Shown: positions 19,501 to 28,073, counted from the first letter of the stretch. The stretch is 64,000 nt of DNA from an uncultured Holophaga sp. (GCA_963664825.1 OY761614.1:2880001-2944000); one strand, 5' to 3'. Notes: generated by a model from the letters alone, not told the origin. Numbers and translations are program-made.

Positions 19501-22220
19501 GCCAAGAAACATATGTTTGCACAAGCTATTTGACGGTAGATCACCCATATTCAGTCAGTTATGTAAATAGCACTCATACATTTTATGATGAATTTGGTCG
19601 AGTGATTCTCACTGTAGATCCGAATGGATCTGCCACAAAAATTGATTATAGTTTTCTTGTAAAAACTGTTACCACGGGCCTTCACTGGGATGGTGCAAAT
19701 GCAAACCCCACCCCGGCAACGGCTCGAACGATATTTCTGCAGGACGCTAATGGGCGTCTCGTTAAAGTCGTAAATGCTCTGGATCAAGTGACTGAATACT
19801 TTTACGATGGCGCAGGTAGAATTACTGAAGTCCGACAGTACCCTACATCCTCTTGGAATGGTTCTATGTGTGTGGGGACTGGAACCCCACAGAGACGGTT
19901 TTGGGTATACAATGGTATAGGTTGGCTGGTGGTGTTGGATCAACCCGAAAGTGGAGTGACCTACTACACATCCTTTACCGTGCAGGGGAAACCCACTGAA
20001 ACTATCTATGGTCTCCCTTGTGGTTGGCGTCCTTCCGACTTGAATGTTCGTGACAGCAGCGCCTTTAGCAGAGTGGGCGCAAAAGCCATAAATGTGCAAT
20101 ATGACGATATGGGAAGGACCAAAAGCACACAATCGAGTGATGGTACCGTTGATCAAGCGAACGAATATGGAGCCCCTGGCGTTGTTGCGGCACAAAACGT
20201 TGGAAAACTGGTGAGGATTACCACTAGGCAGGGTTTTGAAAAGACATTAGATTATGATCCTGGAACTGGTCGACTTTCAGCTTTAAGACAAAAAATGGAC
20301 GGATTGCCGCCATTTGAACAATCAATAGGGTACGATACCTATGGGCGAGTTGCCTTACGAATATATCCAGACCAAAAACAGCAAAGGATTCAGTATGACA
20401 ATGCCAAAGGGATCCCAAGCAATGCATATTTTAATTCCAACCAATTAGCAACCTTTTGCTGCGATGATGTTTGGTTATTGCATGCGTTATCTTTTGCAAA
20501 TGGGGCTACATCAACTTTTTTATACGACCGAGATCAAGTTCGACTGGCTAGTCTGAAACAGGAGGTGCCTGGGTCCCTTTTAAAAACTTGGAAATATAAT
20601 TATAACGATGCCGGGCAACTTGGTACTGATGGCGAAAATTGGTACACACATGACCAACTTGGTCGGCTAACTCTGGCATATGTTCGTGATCTATCGGGCA
20701 TCACTTGCCAAGGGGTTCGCCAAGAATTTGCATATGACTCATTCGGAAATCGTCTGAGTGCTGCCACCTGTTTGGTCAGTAATTGGGAGGCTGGGGCACC
20801 CCCCCCAAGTGCGCTAGTCAAGGGAGTGCTTCCGAATGCTCTGACAGCCCTTAATTTCTCGTTCAATAGGTCCGATGCTGCCTTAGCCCGAAATCGGCTT
20901 CCCACAGCTGGGGTCAATGGGGCAGGCACAGGCGCGCTGTACGATACTTTGGGAAATCTGCAGTGTGTCAATACCATTCCCGGGGCTGTGGAAAGTCAGG
21001 TAGCATTCACCTACGATGCTTTAAGCCGAGTTGTGACCCAAAGCTATGGGTCAAATAGTTCTCGCAAAACTGAGGCCTACCTCTATGATGACGAAGGGCT
21101 GCGGATCAAGGTTCTCGAGTCCACTGGGAAAATTCGCTATAACATCTACAACGAAGCCCGCCAGCTCATCGCCCAGTACGAGAAGACGCCCTCCGGTCCC
21201 CTGACCTGGAAGAAGGACATCGTCTACGTCGGCACCAAGGAAATCGCCGAAGTTTCCTCCGACGGCAAGACCAGCGTCACCCTCTGCGATCACCTGGGCA
21301 GCCCCCGCTATAGCTGGGACGGCACAACGCTGACCGAGCAGAAGTTCTTACCGTTTGGTGAGCCGCTAGCCAGCCCGACCGCATCGGCGAAGTTCGCCAA
21401 GGGCTTCACTAACCACGAACAGACGGACGCATCTGGCCTGATCTACATGCAGGCTCGGTTCTATCTGCCTGCCTATGGGCGCTTCGCCAGCCCAGATCCG
21501 GCGCGGGATCAGCACTTTGAGAACACCCAAAGCTGGAACATCTACTCCTACGTCTGCAACAACCCCGTGATGATGACTGACCCCACCGGGATGTTTAGCT
21601 TCAAAGACGCTTGGGACTACACCAAAGACGTCGGAAGATCTTTGGTCGGCGAAGCAAAAGGGGTTGCTGCGGTTGGCGTAGGGATCGCTAAGGCCGTTGC
21701 CCATCCAGTGGACACTGCAAAGGCTCTCGGCAATGCGGCGGCTCATCCCATCGCGACTGCAAAGGCCGTTGGCAACGCGGTTTCGAGTGCTGTAGCCAAT
21801 GCCAATACACCCGAGCAGGCTGGGAAACTGGTTGGGAACGCCCTGGCCAATGCTTTCCTAGTGGCAGCTCCATTTGCCAGTGCCGCAGGTGGTGCTGGAG
21901 AGGTGGCTAATGCCGCAGCGATAACGGAACGCGCTGGGGCGACATCGGGACTTGAGGCCGCTGTCGGAGAAACCAGGGTCACGCGCTGGATGGGGGAAGC
22001 AGAGTCTGTAGCCATGAAGGACAGCGGGAACCTCCAGTTTGGCGCTGGCGGGAGATCCTACGTCACCGACCTTGGAGCCCCCCAACCGGGTGGGACTGGA
22101 CCAGTCCAGGTTAATTTCAATGTTCCAACCCAAAGTTTGCAACCGGCTGGCAATCAAGGCTGGTATCAGATTCTGGATGCAAAGCGCCCTCCGGTTACCG
22201 GCATTGAGGTGGTAAAGTGA
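16542..22220 (+). CDS. Rhs/YD-repeat polymorphic toxin with N-terminal signal peptide and ART-like C-terminal toxin
   Basis: YD repeats, DHLGSPR, GFTNHEQ..SGLIYMQARFY..GRF.SPDP..NNP....DPTG core. Confidence 0.93.
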   Translation: MIMRRALFALCLSLSELGTGSLVAQSYHNSFSPVNYDRSRGPSVLKGGVDVDAATGAVSVEIPLGPGIGARGAQFCPTIRGRHAVYQEQARIGPSAGNIHYLPSGCFGIAPGSLRLSGGYYFGSYDGPQGESEHFGVINDKITDTQLILQNFGYSNGTVVSKPTQTGDSKGRPGYRPSDGLAVTDSGALVIPLSHPTEFPPLQLTAPVVEGYSQAMYSIPQRILVVKGDIGYEYVFSNQAWYIPVEMDDSAIVANVRATETNVFLRWASDKTPIEFPQLVSFDNSFLAWRVNIYRPDLLNVAIDQIQYSLSRILNRFGEYIQFDYGTRSTGLDYMAEWFRDGKSTNIKIKQEYISQTSGSNWWDTQYQVRLSYEGVEHTSYLINLGLQNSSAEIRTEKWWDNIWHGFIPLGRSTAESVSTIAPMINNKIISVVPESAPSEAIEFTWEYLPISDELRTVPVRLTKVTSPGREVSLSWEAYEYMPTMMGDFGWWIFTNSYIKDPLGAPKIYYAFGVKQLDDKDTGNGQVRTTSFIRKVPTPDWTCKSLWKTTDFYAVVIYPDHSKTMYRYLDAKELTVPAGAPPAEGCIRATAFWKNFPMEERHYGSLTSWESDISKTPNNCSAQTVILRDRLTLISPGNPSGIYSGSSQVIPTRVRELDLLNQRLTSSELVNWSSTSLGWRQQRKLTYMGNGIPDLTIDISSLEDKKAQPADRNPLVQCVIDMEYSTNLSLWWLARNIWKQSTMVMDATGSTTSPSGFLIANSTKTLDDLNRVTQAQTGASFLMSTVFSYDDRKALPQSAILRSSQSFPLLFSGNIGSKFDYDQSYGFLSTIHPSLSTANLTVSQVSDAANRPTSQVGMDSLSTGIKWDPLGRLNLITPPGGDESTSYTPDPDGLGVVIERGVEKTQLRYNAYGELVLERKFDAAHGVIHRALGYDLAGRKIWETTWRKGSGDEFGWNKPLAPDDEETLPWTEATNECASFDVRIVNGQETYVCTSYLTVDHPYSVSYVNSTHTFYDEFGRVILTVDPNGSATKIDYSFLVKTVTTGLHWDGANANPTPATARTIFLQDANGRLVKVVNALDQVTEYFYDGAGRITEVRQYPTSSWNGSMCVGTGTPQRRFWVYNGIGWLVVLDQPESGVTYYTSFTVQGKPTETIYGLPCGWRPSDLNVRDSSAFSRVGAKAINVQYDDMGRTKSTQSSDGTVDQANEYGAPGVVAAQNVGKLVRITTRQGFEKTLDYDPGTGRLSALRQKMDGLPPFEQSIGYDTYGRVALRIYPDQKQQRIQYDNAKGIPSNAYFNSNQLATFCCDDVWLLHALSFANGATSTFLYDRDQVRLASLKQEVPGSLLKTWKYNYNDAGQLGTDGENWYTHDQLGRLTLAYVRDLSGITCQGVRQEFAYDSFGNRLSAATCLVSNWEAGAPPPSALVKGVLPNALTALNFSFNRSDAALARNRLPTAGVNGAGTGALYDTLGNLQCVNTIPGAVESQVAFTYDALSRVVTQSYGSNSSRKTEAYLYDDEGLRIKVLESTGKIRYNIYNEARQLIAQYEKTPSGPLTWKKDIVYVGTKEIAEVSSDGKTSVTLCDHLGSPRYSWDGTTLTEQKFLPFGEPLASPTASAKFAKGFTNHEQTDASGLIYMQARFYLPAYGRFASPDPARDQHFENTQSWNIYSYVCNNPVMMTDPTGMFSFKDAWDYTKDVGRSLVGEAKGVAAVGVGIAKAVAHPVDTAKALGNAAAHPIATAKAVGNAVSSAVANANTPEQAGKLVGNALANAFLVAAPFASAAGGAGEVANAAAITERAGATSGLEAAVGETRVTRWMGEAESVAMKDSGNLQFGAGGRSYVTDLGAPQPGGTGPVQVNFNVPTQSLQPAGNQGWYQILDAKRPPVTGIEVVK

Positions 22221-22612
22221 TGGAAAATCATTCTTTATACGCTATCGGCTGTAATGCCATTGACTTCGATGCCTGTAAGGCTGTGGCCGAAGAAGAGTGT
22301 GGTCCAGTCGAAGTTCAATCAAATCGAATTTTTATTAAAACAAGCAGCGGCAGCATTCAGATGGAGATGTGCACGAACGACATGTTCAAAGATGAGGTCA
22401 TTGTTATTTCTGTGAATGAAGTGCTGCAAGACCTTGTGGGGCAGGCGTGGGGAATCCTGATTGGTCTTTTTGTCCAATTTGATACGCCTGTTTGGATATC
22501 TACCTACAATCGGCAATACCTTGAAAAGTATGGGGATGTTGTGGACCTAGAAATCAACGAAACTAGTGGCTTTTTAATGAGTCCTGGTTCCTTCGACAAA
22601 ATGATTTCATAG
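22217..22612 (+). CDS. Putative cytoplasmic immunity protein
   Basis: Small acidic AT-rich ORF translationally coupled to the rhs stop. Confidence 0.7.
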   Translation: MMENHSLYAIGCNAIDFDACKAVAEEECGPVEVQSNRIFIKTSSGSIQMEMCTNDMFKDEVIVISVNEVLQDLVGQAWGILIGLFVQFDTPVWISTYNRQYLEKYGDVVDLEINETSGFLMSPGSFDKMIS

Positions 22613-22718
22613 GTCTAGGCGGTAGGTGACCATTGTTCTTTCGCAAGAAGAAGCTCCCCGAGATCGTCATCCTGCCTGCGGGGTTCAGGGTCAATGACAC
22701 CGTGATCAGCAGTTTCTC

Positions 22719-23483
22719 CTCATCCCGGTGCGGCAGTGGTTCAGTTGGCTGGTCAAGCAGGGGCACCTCCCGTTCAGCCCGGCGGCGGAGCTGGAGCTGC
22801 CCAAGGTGGTGCGCAGGCTGCCCAAGGCCATCCTGTCCGCCCAGGAGGCCGAGGCGGTGCTGGCGATGCCCAACGTGGCCACGGCGGTGGGGCTGCGGGA
22901 CCGGGCGATCCTGGAGACGTTCTACTCCACGGGCATCCGGCGGACGGAGCTGACTAAGCTGGCCATCCAGGACGTGGACCGGGAGCGCGGGACGCTGTTC
23001 ATCCGTGAGGGCAAGGGCAAGAGGGACCGCATGATCCCCATCGGCGAGCGGGCGTTGGCGTGGATCGCCGCCTACCGCGACCGGGCGAGGCCCGAACTGG
23101 TGGGGCTCCAGGACGACGGCACGTTGTTCCTGAACAACCTGGGCAGGCCGCTGAAGCCGTTCCACCTGACCATCCTGGCCGGGCTCTACGTGAAGAAGTC
23201 CGGCATCGGCAAGGAGGGTGCCTGCCACCTGTTCCGCCACACGATGGCCACGCTGATGCTGGAGAACGGCGCGGACACCCGCTACATCCAGGCCATGCTC
23301 GGCCACGCCAGCCTGGAGACCACGCAGATCTACACGAAGGTGAGCATCCGGGCGCTGAAGGCCATCCACACGGCCACGCACCCCGGCAGGATGCCGGAGG
23401 CCGCCCGGAAGTGGTTGGAGAAGGAGCCCGACCCGACCGCCGCAGACCTGCTGGTCCGGCTCGGCCAGGAAGACCCGGAATGA
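22719..23483 (+). pseudogene. XerC/D-like tyrosine recombinase, N-terminally truncated
   Basis: RDRAILETFYSTGIRR, GKGKRDR, HLFRH, LGHA, TQIYT; in-frame stop at 22695 so the N-terminal domain is largely missing. Confidence 0.85.
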
Positions 23484-23758
23484 AGGCGGAGCAGGTCATC
23501 GACGGCATCCCCGTGAACCCCGTGCTGCCGGTGGCGTTCTACGACACCCCCAACGAGGCCAGGCCCGCCAGCCAGGACGAGTGGTGGGACCGGCCCTACG
23601 TCATCACGGTGCCCAACGAGCACTGGCCCCAGGGCGTCCGGTTCGACACCTACTGCCTGGACGGCGGAGCCTGGGACCGGCCCACGGCCTGGGGCAAGTT
23701 CGGGACGTTGGAGGAGGCCATCGCCTGCGCCAAGACCGGCCCGGCCTGGCGGCGCTGA
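23480..23758 (+). CDS. Small Trp-rich hypothetical protein
   Basis: ATGA overlap with recombinase stop; GC3-biased codons; CLDGGAWDRPT.WG motif. Confidence 0.65.
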   Translation: MKAEQVIDGIPVNPVLPVAFYDTPNEARPASQDEWWDRPYVITVPNEHWPQGVRFDTYCLDGGAWDRPTAWGKFGTLEEAIACAKTGPAWRR

Positions 23759-23864
23759 GGCCCGTGGGGGAGCGAGGGGTGGTCGAGCGATTTATTACGG
23801 GAGGGACCCACAAGACCCTGGGATAGTTGTGAATACCTGGACGTTCCAACTTGAGGGAGACCGC

Positions 23865-24446
23865 ATGGGCCTCGTGGTGAGCAGCTTAAGTCATGTCCCT
23901 TTGAACGCCGACCGGGATTACTTCATCTACCTCCTACGTGGGGGCTGGAATAGCGCCCTGGACCAGGTGCTGGAGTCGCATTTCATGCGTTTCGCTCAGG
24001 AAGCAAGCGAGACCAGGTCCGCCGTCATCGCCGGGCTGCATGGCAGTCACTTCGGCAACGACGTGTTCTCGTGGCACCACATCAACGGCGAGGACGGCGA
24101 GGCGGCACTGCCCGCAATCCTGCTGACGACGGTTCACCCGAAATACTTCGAGCACGAAGGCGATCCCTTCTGGAGGACCAATGCGCAGAAGGACTACATG
24201 CAGTTGATCCCGTTGAAGAAGTGGGCCAACTCTGCGGATGACGTCATCACCCTGGTTCAGAGGATCTTTTCGGACATCAAGGAGCACAAGGAGCTGCGGG
24301 ACTTCACGGTCGTCAAGGAGATCCGGAGAGCGGGGGGGACGGCGCTCATGGATGGCGTGGTCCTCCAGCCCAACTTCCTCGGCCTGGGCGCTGACCTGAA
24401 GAAGTTAGCAAAGGCGGTTCGGGGCAAAGGGGCGGCGAAGAAGTAG
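23865..24446 (+). CDS. Hypothetical protein
   Basis: GAGGGAG RBS, coding-like codon bias, globular composition. Confidence 0.7.
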   Translation: MGLVVSSLSHVPLNADRDYFIYLLRGGWNSALDQVLESHFMRFAQEASETRSAVIAGLHGSHFGNDVFSWHHINGEDGEAALPAILLTTVHPKYFEHEGDPFWRTNAQKDYMQLIPLKKWANSADDVITLVQRIFSDIKEHKELRDFTVVKEIRRAGGTALMDGVVLQPNFLGLGADLKKLAKAVRGKGAAKK

Positions 24447-24634
24447 CCTCTCTGTGGTGCCGAAGGCAGGGACCAGATCGGCGGCGGGGTAGGCGGGCCG
24501 AGATCCGGGGAAGCAGTGAATGGTTGGGGAGGTTACCCTGATGGGGTGCCTCCCCATCTCGATGTTTTTCCTTTAGCCGCTCTCCCTGGCCGCCGGTCCC
24601 CGGTAGGCCGTCAGGGCTGTGGTGGCGGGAAAGT

Positions 24635-24683
24635 CGCGTCAGGGGGTCTCCGGGGCTACAATGGGTTCAGTTCATTGAAAAGC
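24635..24683 (+). repeat. Conserved pre-cassette motif, copy 1
   Basis: CGCGTCAGGGGGTCTC-N24-TTGAAAAGC; same layout at 28074-28122. Confidence 0.8.
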
Positions 24684-24740
24684 CCCGTGCCACAAGGGAA
24701 AGTGCCCTCTCGTAGGCGGGAGTTGCATAGGGGCACCCAC

Positions 24741-25505
24741 ATGCAGGCTCGCTTCTATCTGCCGATATATGGGCGGTTTGCATCTCCAGATCCGGCGAGA
24801 GATCAGCACTTCGAAGACACGCAGAGCTGGAACATCTACAGCTATGTGCAGAACAACCCGGTGATGAGCATTGACCCCACTGGGATGGTTGATAACCCTT
24901 TCCAGGAACAATTGACTAGATCTAGAATTGTTGATGGAAAACAATCATCAGAGACGATTTCAATCAAAGGTCATAATTTAGATGCTTTGGGCATAAAGGT
25001 GTATGAAACGGTCGGTAAACCTGGTAGTTTTAGTGATGGTGTTTTGTCTGCTGGGCGTGGCGATGTTTCATTCGCACTGGATGCAAAAGGCTCATTTAGT
25101 CAGAATGGATCACCATCATTCACGGGGAGCTTAGATAAGCTTGTAGCTTGGGATCAACAGCTGTCAGGCAAAAAATTCGATGCGGCTATTGGATGCACGC
25201 TGAGTGCATCGGCTGATGTGGCTACACTTGGGCTCGCTGGGTCTGCGGAAAGGGGTCTGGCTGGCGCCTTTAAATGGGTAGCGGGGTTGTTCGCGCCAAA
25301 GGTGCAAAATCCAATCGGCATTGCTAATACGGTCAACGGGGTAGCCACAGGGGACAAATCGACTCCCGGAAAGGCTTTACTGTCAACGGCAATGTCCATT
25401 GCGCCAATTGTTGGAACCCTTAAGGGGGTTTCTGATGCAGACAAACTAAACAACCATGGGGTCGAATTAGTGAAAGAAAAACCAAAAAACATCAAAGAAC
25501 AGTGA
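24741..25505 (+). CDS. Orphan Rhs core tip + C-terminal toxin of unknown type
   Basis: Begins MQARFY..DPTG (144-bp block homologous to 21447-21590), then unrelated Gly/Ala-rich CT. Confidence 0.85.
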   Translation: MQARFYLPIYGRFASPDPARDQHFEDTQSWNIYSYVQNNPVMSIDPTGMVDNPFQEQLTRSRIVDGKQSSETISIKGHNLDALGIKVYETVGKPGSFSDGVLSAGRGDVSFALDAKGSFSQNGSPSFTGSLDKLVAWDQQLSGKKFDAAIGCTLSASADVATLGLAGSAERGLAGAFKWVAGLFAPKVQNPIGIANTVNGVATGDKSTPGKALLSTAMSIAPIVGTLKGVSDADKLNNHGVELVKEKPKNIKEQ

Positions 25506-25577
25506 TTACGTGCCATTTTTCCGAAAATGTTAAAACGAAAAATAAGCAATCAGTTATGAACGCGGAGAGAAATTCCA

Positions 25578-26060
25578 ATGAATATTGAGCTTGATGTTGG
25601 AGAATTTGTTGTTTCAAAAATTCGCAAACGACCATTGTTCTTATTTTTTGGACTACTATTCAATCGCATTGCTCCTGGTTTTTTGTTGTTCCCAATGTTG
25701 ATTTATTCGATGGTGCGCCCAAAGGAAATGGTATCTGCCATTTCGTCTGAAAATTCCTGGCTTATTGTGTTATTTTTTTTGATAGTTGCGTTGGGGATTG
25801 TTGGTCAGTCAATTATTGTGTATGATTTTTTCACAAAAACTATCGCTATAACCAATCAAAGAGTGTTGATAATAAAGCAAAAATCAATTGTTTCGTATGA
25901 ATTTAGTAAAATATTGTCGCATGAATCGCGTGACGGCTTCTTTGCATCCGCGCTTACATTAAAATTCGATGACCAAAATATTGTTGTACTAGATTATTTG
26001 GACCCTTCGAGTGTGGGTGAATTTGAATCCGAATTATTAAAATGTAAAACAACAAAGTAA
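25578..26060 (+). CDS. Putative membrane immunity protein (2 TM + PH-like domain)
   Basis: Follows the orphan CT; GGAGAG RBS; two hydrophobic segments then AITNQRVLI. Confidence 0.65.
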   Translation: MNIELDVGEFVVSKIRKRPLFLFFGLLFNRIAPGFLLFPMLIYSMVRPKEMVSAISSENSWLIVLFFLIVALGIVGQSIIVYDFFTKTIAITNQRVLIIKQKSIVSYEFSKILSHESRDGFFASALTLKFDDQNIVVLDYLDPSSVGEFESELLKCKTTK

Positions 26061-26122
26061 TTTCCTAGTGTTTATCATGAACACTAAAATTTCTCTGGTC
26101 GTCAACTCCAAATAATCGACTG

Positions 26123-26190
26123 TCCCTCGCCAAGTCTCGATCCATGCCGATTACACGTTCCAACCCACAGCAAGCTAACACCACGCCCCT
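26123..26190 (+). repeat. Conserved post-immunity tail, copy 1
   Basis: TCCCTCGCCA...CGTTCCAACCCACAGCAAGCTAAC; second copy at 29359-29418. Confidence 0.8.
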
Positions 26191-26198
26191 CCTTCGGG

Positions 26199-27826
26199 GT
26201 ATCGATTCACCCCCTTTGTCCCAGCGACCGCGTAAGCCGGTGGCAGCCACCCGTGATGGGCTGGTGATGTACCGCTTGTCCTGTCAGCCTCAGGCCGGTT
26301 CCAGTGCCGGTAGGGGCTGATTCGATTGGGCAGCGTGGAGGGCCTTGAGCAGCCAGTCGAAGTAGGGGACGCCGCGAATGCGGGCGGTGGTGCCCAGGCT
26401 CAGGAGCCGTTCGAAGAATCGCTTTCCGTCCGCGCTGGGCAGCCGCTGGAAGATCCGCTTGAGGATCACGAGGGGGCGCAGGGCGCGTTCGGCGGCGTTG
26501 TTGGTGGGTTCCACGCCTTCGACCTTCAGGAACACCCAGAGCTTGTCCCATTTTCGGAGGAGGTCCCTCCCGAGGTTCCGAGCGGCCCTGTGATCCATCG
26601 TGCTGGCCTGGATCAGGCCGCGTTTGAGCCGCGCCAGATTGAGGGCGGTGCAGGCCCGCAGATCCTTGCGGCTGATCTCGTTGGCCCGGAAGGCGTGCCA
26701 CAGCGCAAAGACCTCCTCCTGCTCGGTCAGGAGGCGCTTCCCCAGCGCGGCCACCTCGGGCTTCGCGGATTCGCTGAGGGCGATGAACTCCCTGCGCAAA
26801 TGGGCCCAGCAGAACTGGCGAACGGCAGATTTCAAGGCGTTGTAGGCGCCGTACCGGTCCGTTCCGATGACGCCACTGAAATCCTCGGGAAGCATCGCGG
26901 TCAGGGCCCTCGCCCCACGGGTGTCGCTGAAGTGGAAGAGGGCCGTGCGGGCGGAAAGGGCCACCCAAATCCAGTCCCGATCCTTCCGCCCAAAGCCGGT
27001 CTCGTCGAGGTTGAGCACGTCCGCCGTACGGATCTGCTGGGAGAGGTCCTCCCAGGCGGGCAGCAGATGGTTCCCGAGGGCCACGCCGCTCTCATGCAGC
27101 CAACCGCGTGAGACCGCTACGCCCGTCACCTCCAAGAGGAAACGTTGGAGCGGCGTCAGGCTCATGCGGCCCTCCGTGCGTAGATAGGCCGCCGCAGCCT
27201 GGAGGCGCGGGCCGATCCCGCCGGGCGCGGCCTCCGGTGGCAGCGAAGCCCGGACTTTTCGCTGGCAATGCGGGCAGATGCCCTCCTCCAGCGCGTAAGC
27301 GATGACTTCTGTGAGTCGCTGAGCCAGATCCACCACCCGGTGCAGGCGCGTCCCGGTGATGGCCCCTGAAGGAACCTCGCCGCGGCAGTGGGGGCAGCAG
27401 GCGAGGGGCACCGCCACGGTCCGATCCTCGCTGCCCTCCGGCAACATCACCCGAGCGGACCCCTTCCGTCCCGGTTGGCCGCCGCGCTTGCGCCCCGTGG
27501 GCGGCATCGGTGGTTTGGGCGGTGCTGCGGGCCCGTCCGAGCTGGGAGGCTTGCTGCTGTTGCGACTGTCTTTCCCGAGCCGCTCCTGGAGGGACTCCAG
27601 CAGCTTCTCCAGACGTTCCATCGTCTCCCGCAGGCGAGTCATTTCCGCACGCAGTTCCCCGTTCTCGGCAGCCAGCGCCAGATAACGCGGATCAGTCAGA
27701 ACGGGATCAAGCTCCATCCTTTAGAATCTGACTGGTTTGAGACCGAAGTACAAGTAAATTATTCACTTGCAGTGATTCCCCCCCCCTCAATCACGAGTTG
27801 AACCTGAAGGGGGGGTGAATCGATAC
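26199..27826 (-). mobile_element. IS66-family element (single-ORF type)
   Basis: 16-bp TIR GTATCGATTCACCCCC; 8-bp TSD CCTTCGGG (26191-26198, 27827-27834). Confidence 0.94.
26290..27717 (-). CDS. IS66 transposase
   Basis: DSRNSSKPPSSD, LDETG, QFCWAHLRR, PTNNAAERALR. Confidence 0.93.
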   Translation of the reverse strand: MELDPVLTDPRYLALAAENGELRAEMTRLRETMERLEKLLESLQERLGKDSRNSSKPPSSDGPAAPPKPPMPPTGRKRGGQPGRKGSARVMLPEGSEDRTVAVPLACCPHCRGEVPSGAITGTRLHRVVDLAQRLTEVIAYALEEGICPHCQRKVRASLPPEAAPGGIGPRLQAAAAYLRTEGRMSLTPLQRFLLEVTGVAVSRGWLHESGVALGNHLLPAWEDLSQQIRTADVLNLDETGFGRKDRDWIWVALSARTALFHFSDTRGARALTAMLPEDFSGVIGTDRYGAYNALKSAVRQFCWAHLRREFIALSESAKPEVAALGKRLLTEQEEVFALWHAFRANEISRKDLRACTALNLARLKRGLIQASTMDHRAARNLGRDLLRKWDKLWVFLKVEGVEPTNNAAERALRPLVILKRIFQRLPSADGKRFFERLLSLGTTARIRGVPYFDWLLKALHAAQSNQPLPALEPA

Positions 27827-27951
27827 CCTTCGGGAGGGGTGCTGCTATACGCCGTAGAACGCTCTAGGATGTGCCTGGCGTGCTGTGGGCATGGTTGGTG
27901 ACCTGAGCTGCTGCCGTGTGTCCTGGGTGCAGAGGAGCGCGGGGGGTAGTC

Positions 27952-28001
27952 GGTCGGGGCTTGGTCGGGCATCGGTCGGGGTCCGGTCGGTAGGTGGTCG
28001 G
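27952..28001 (+). repeat. Five GGTCGG hexamers at exact 11-bp period
   Basis: Starts at 27952, 27963, 27974, 27985, 27996. Confidence 0.85.
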
Positions 28002-28073
28002 GCTTGCTGATTCCCTGCAGAGGCAATAGTGGCGCGTGGATGCCTGCTGGGATCGCTTCCACGCGTCTGGAGC

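Noticed and set aside
24651..24683. Canonical dif site
   Set aside because: Poor match to the XerD arm TTATGTTAAAT; kept only as an unspecified candidate recombination motif
24516..24740. N-terminal extension of orphan Rhs ORF 24516-25505
   Set aside because: Runs through the non-coding conserved motif; homology to rhs starts at ATG 24741
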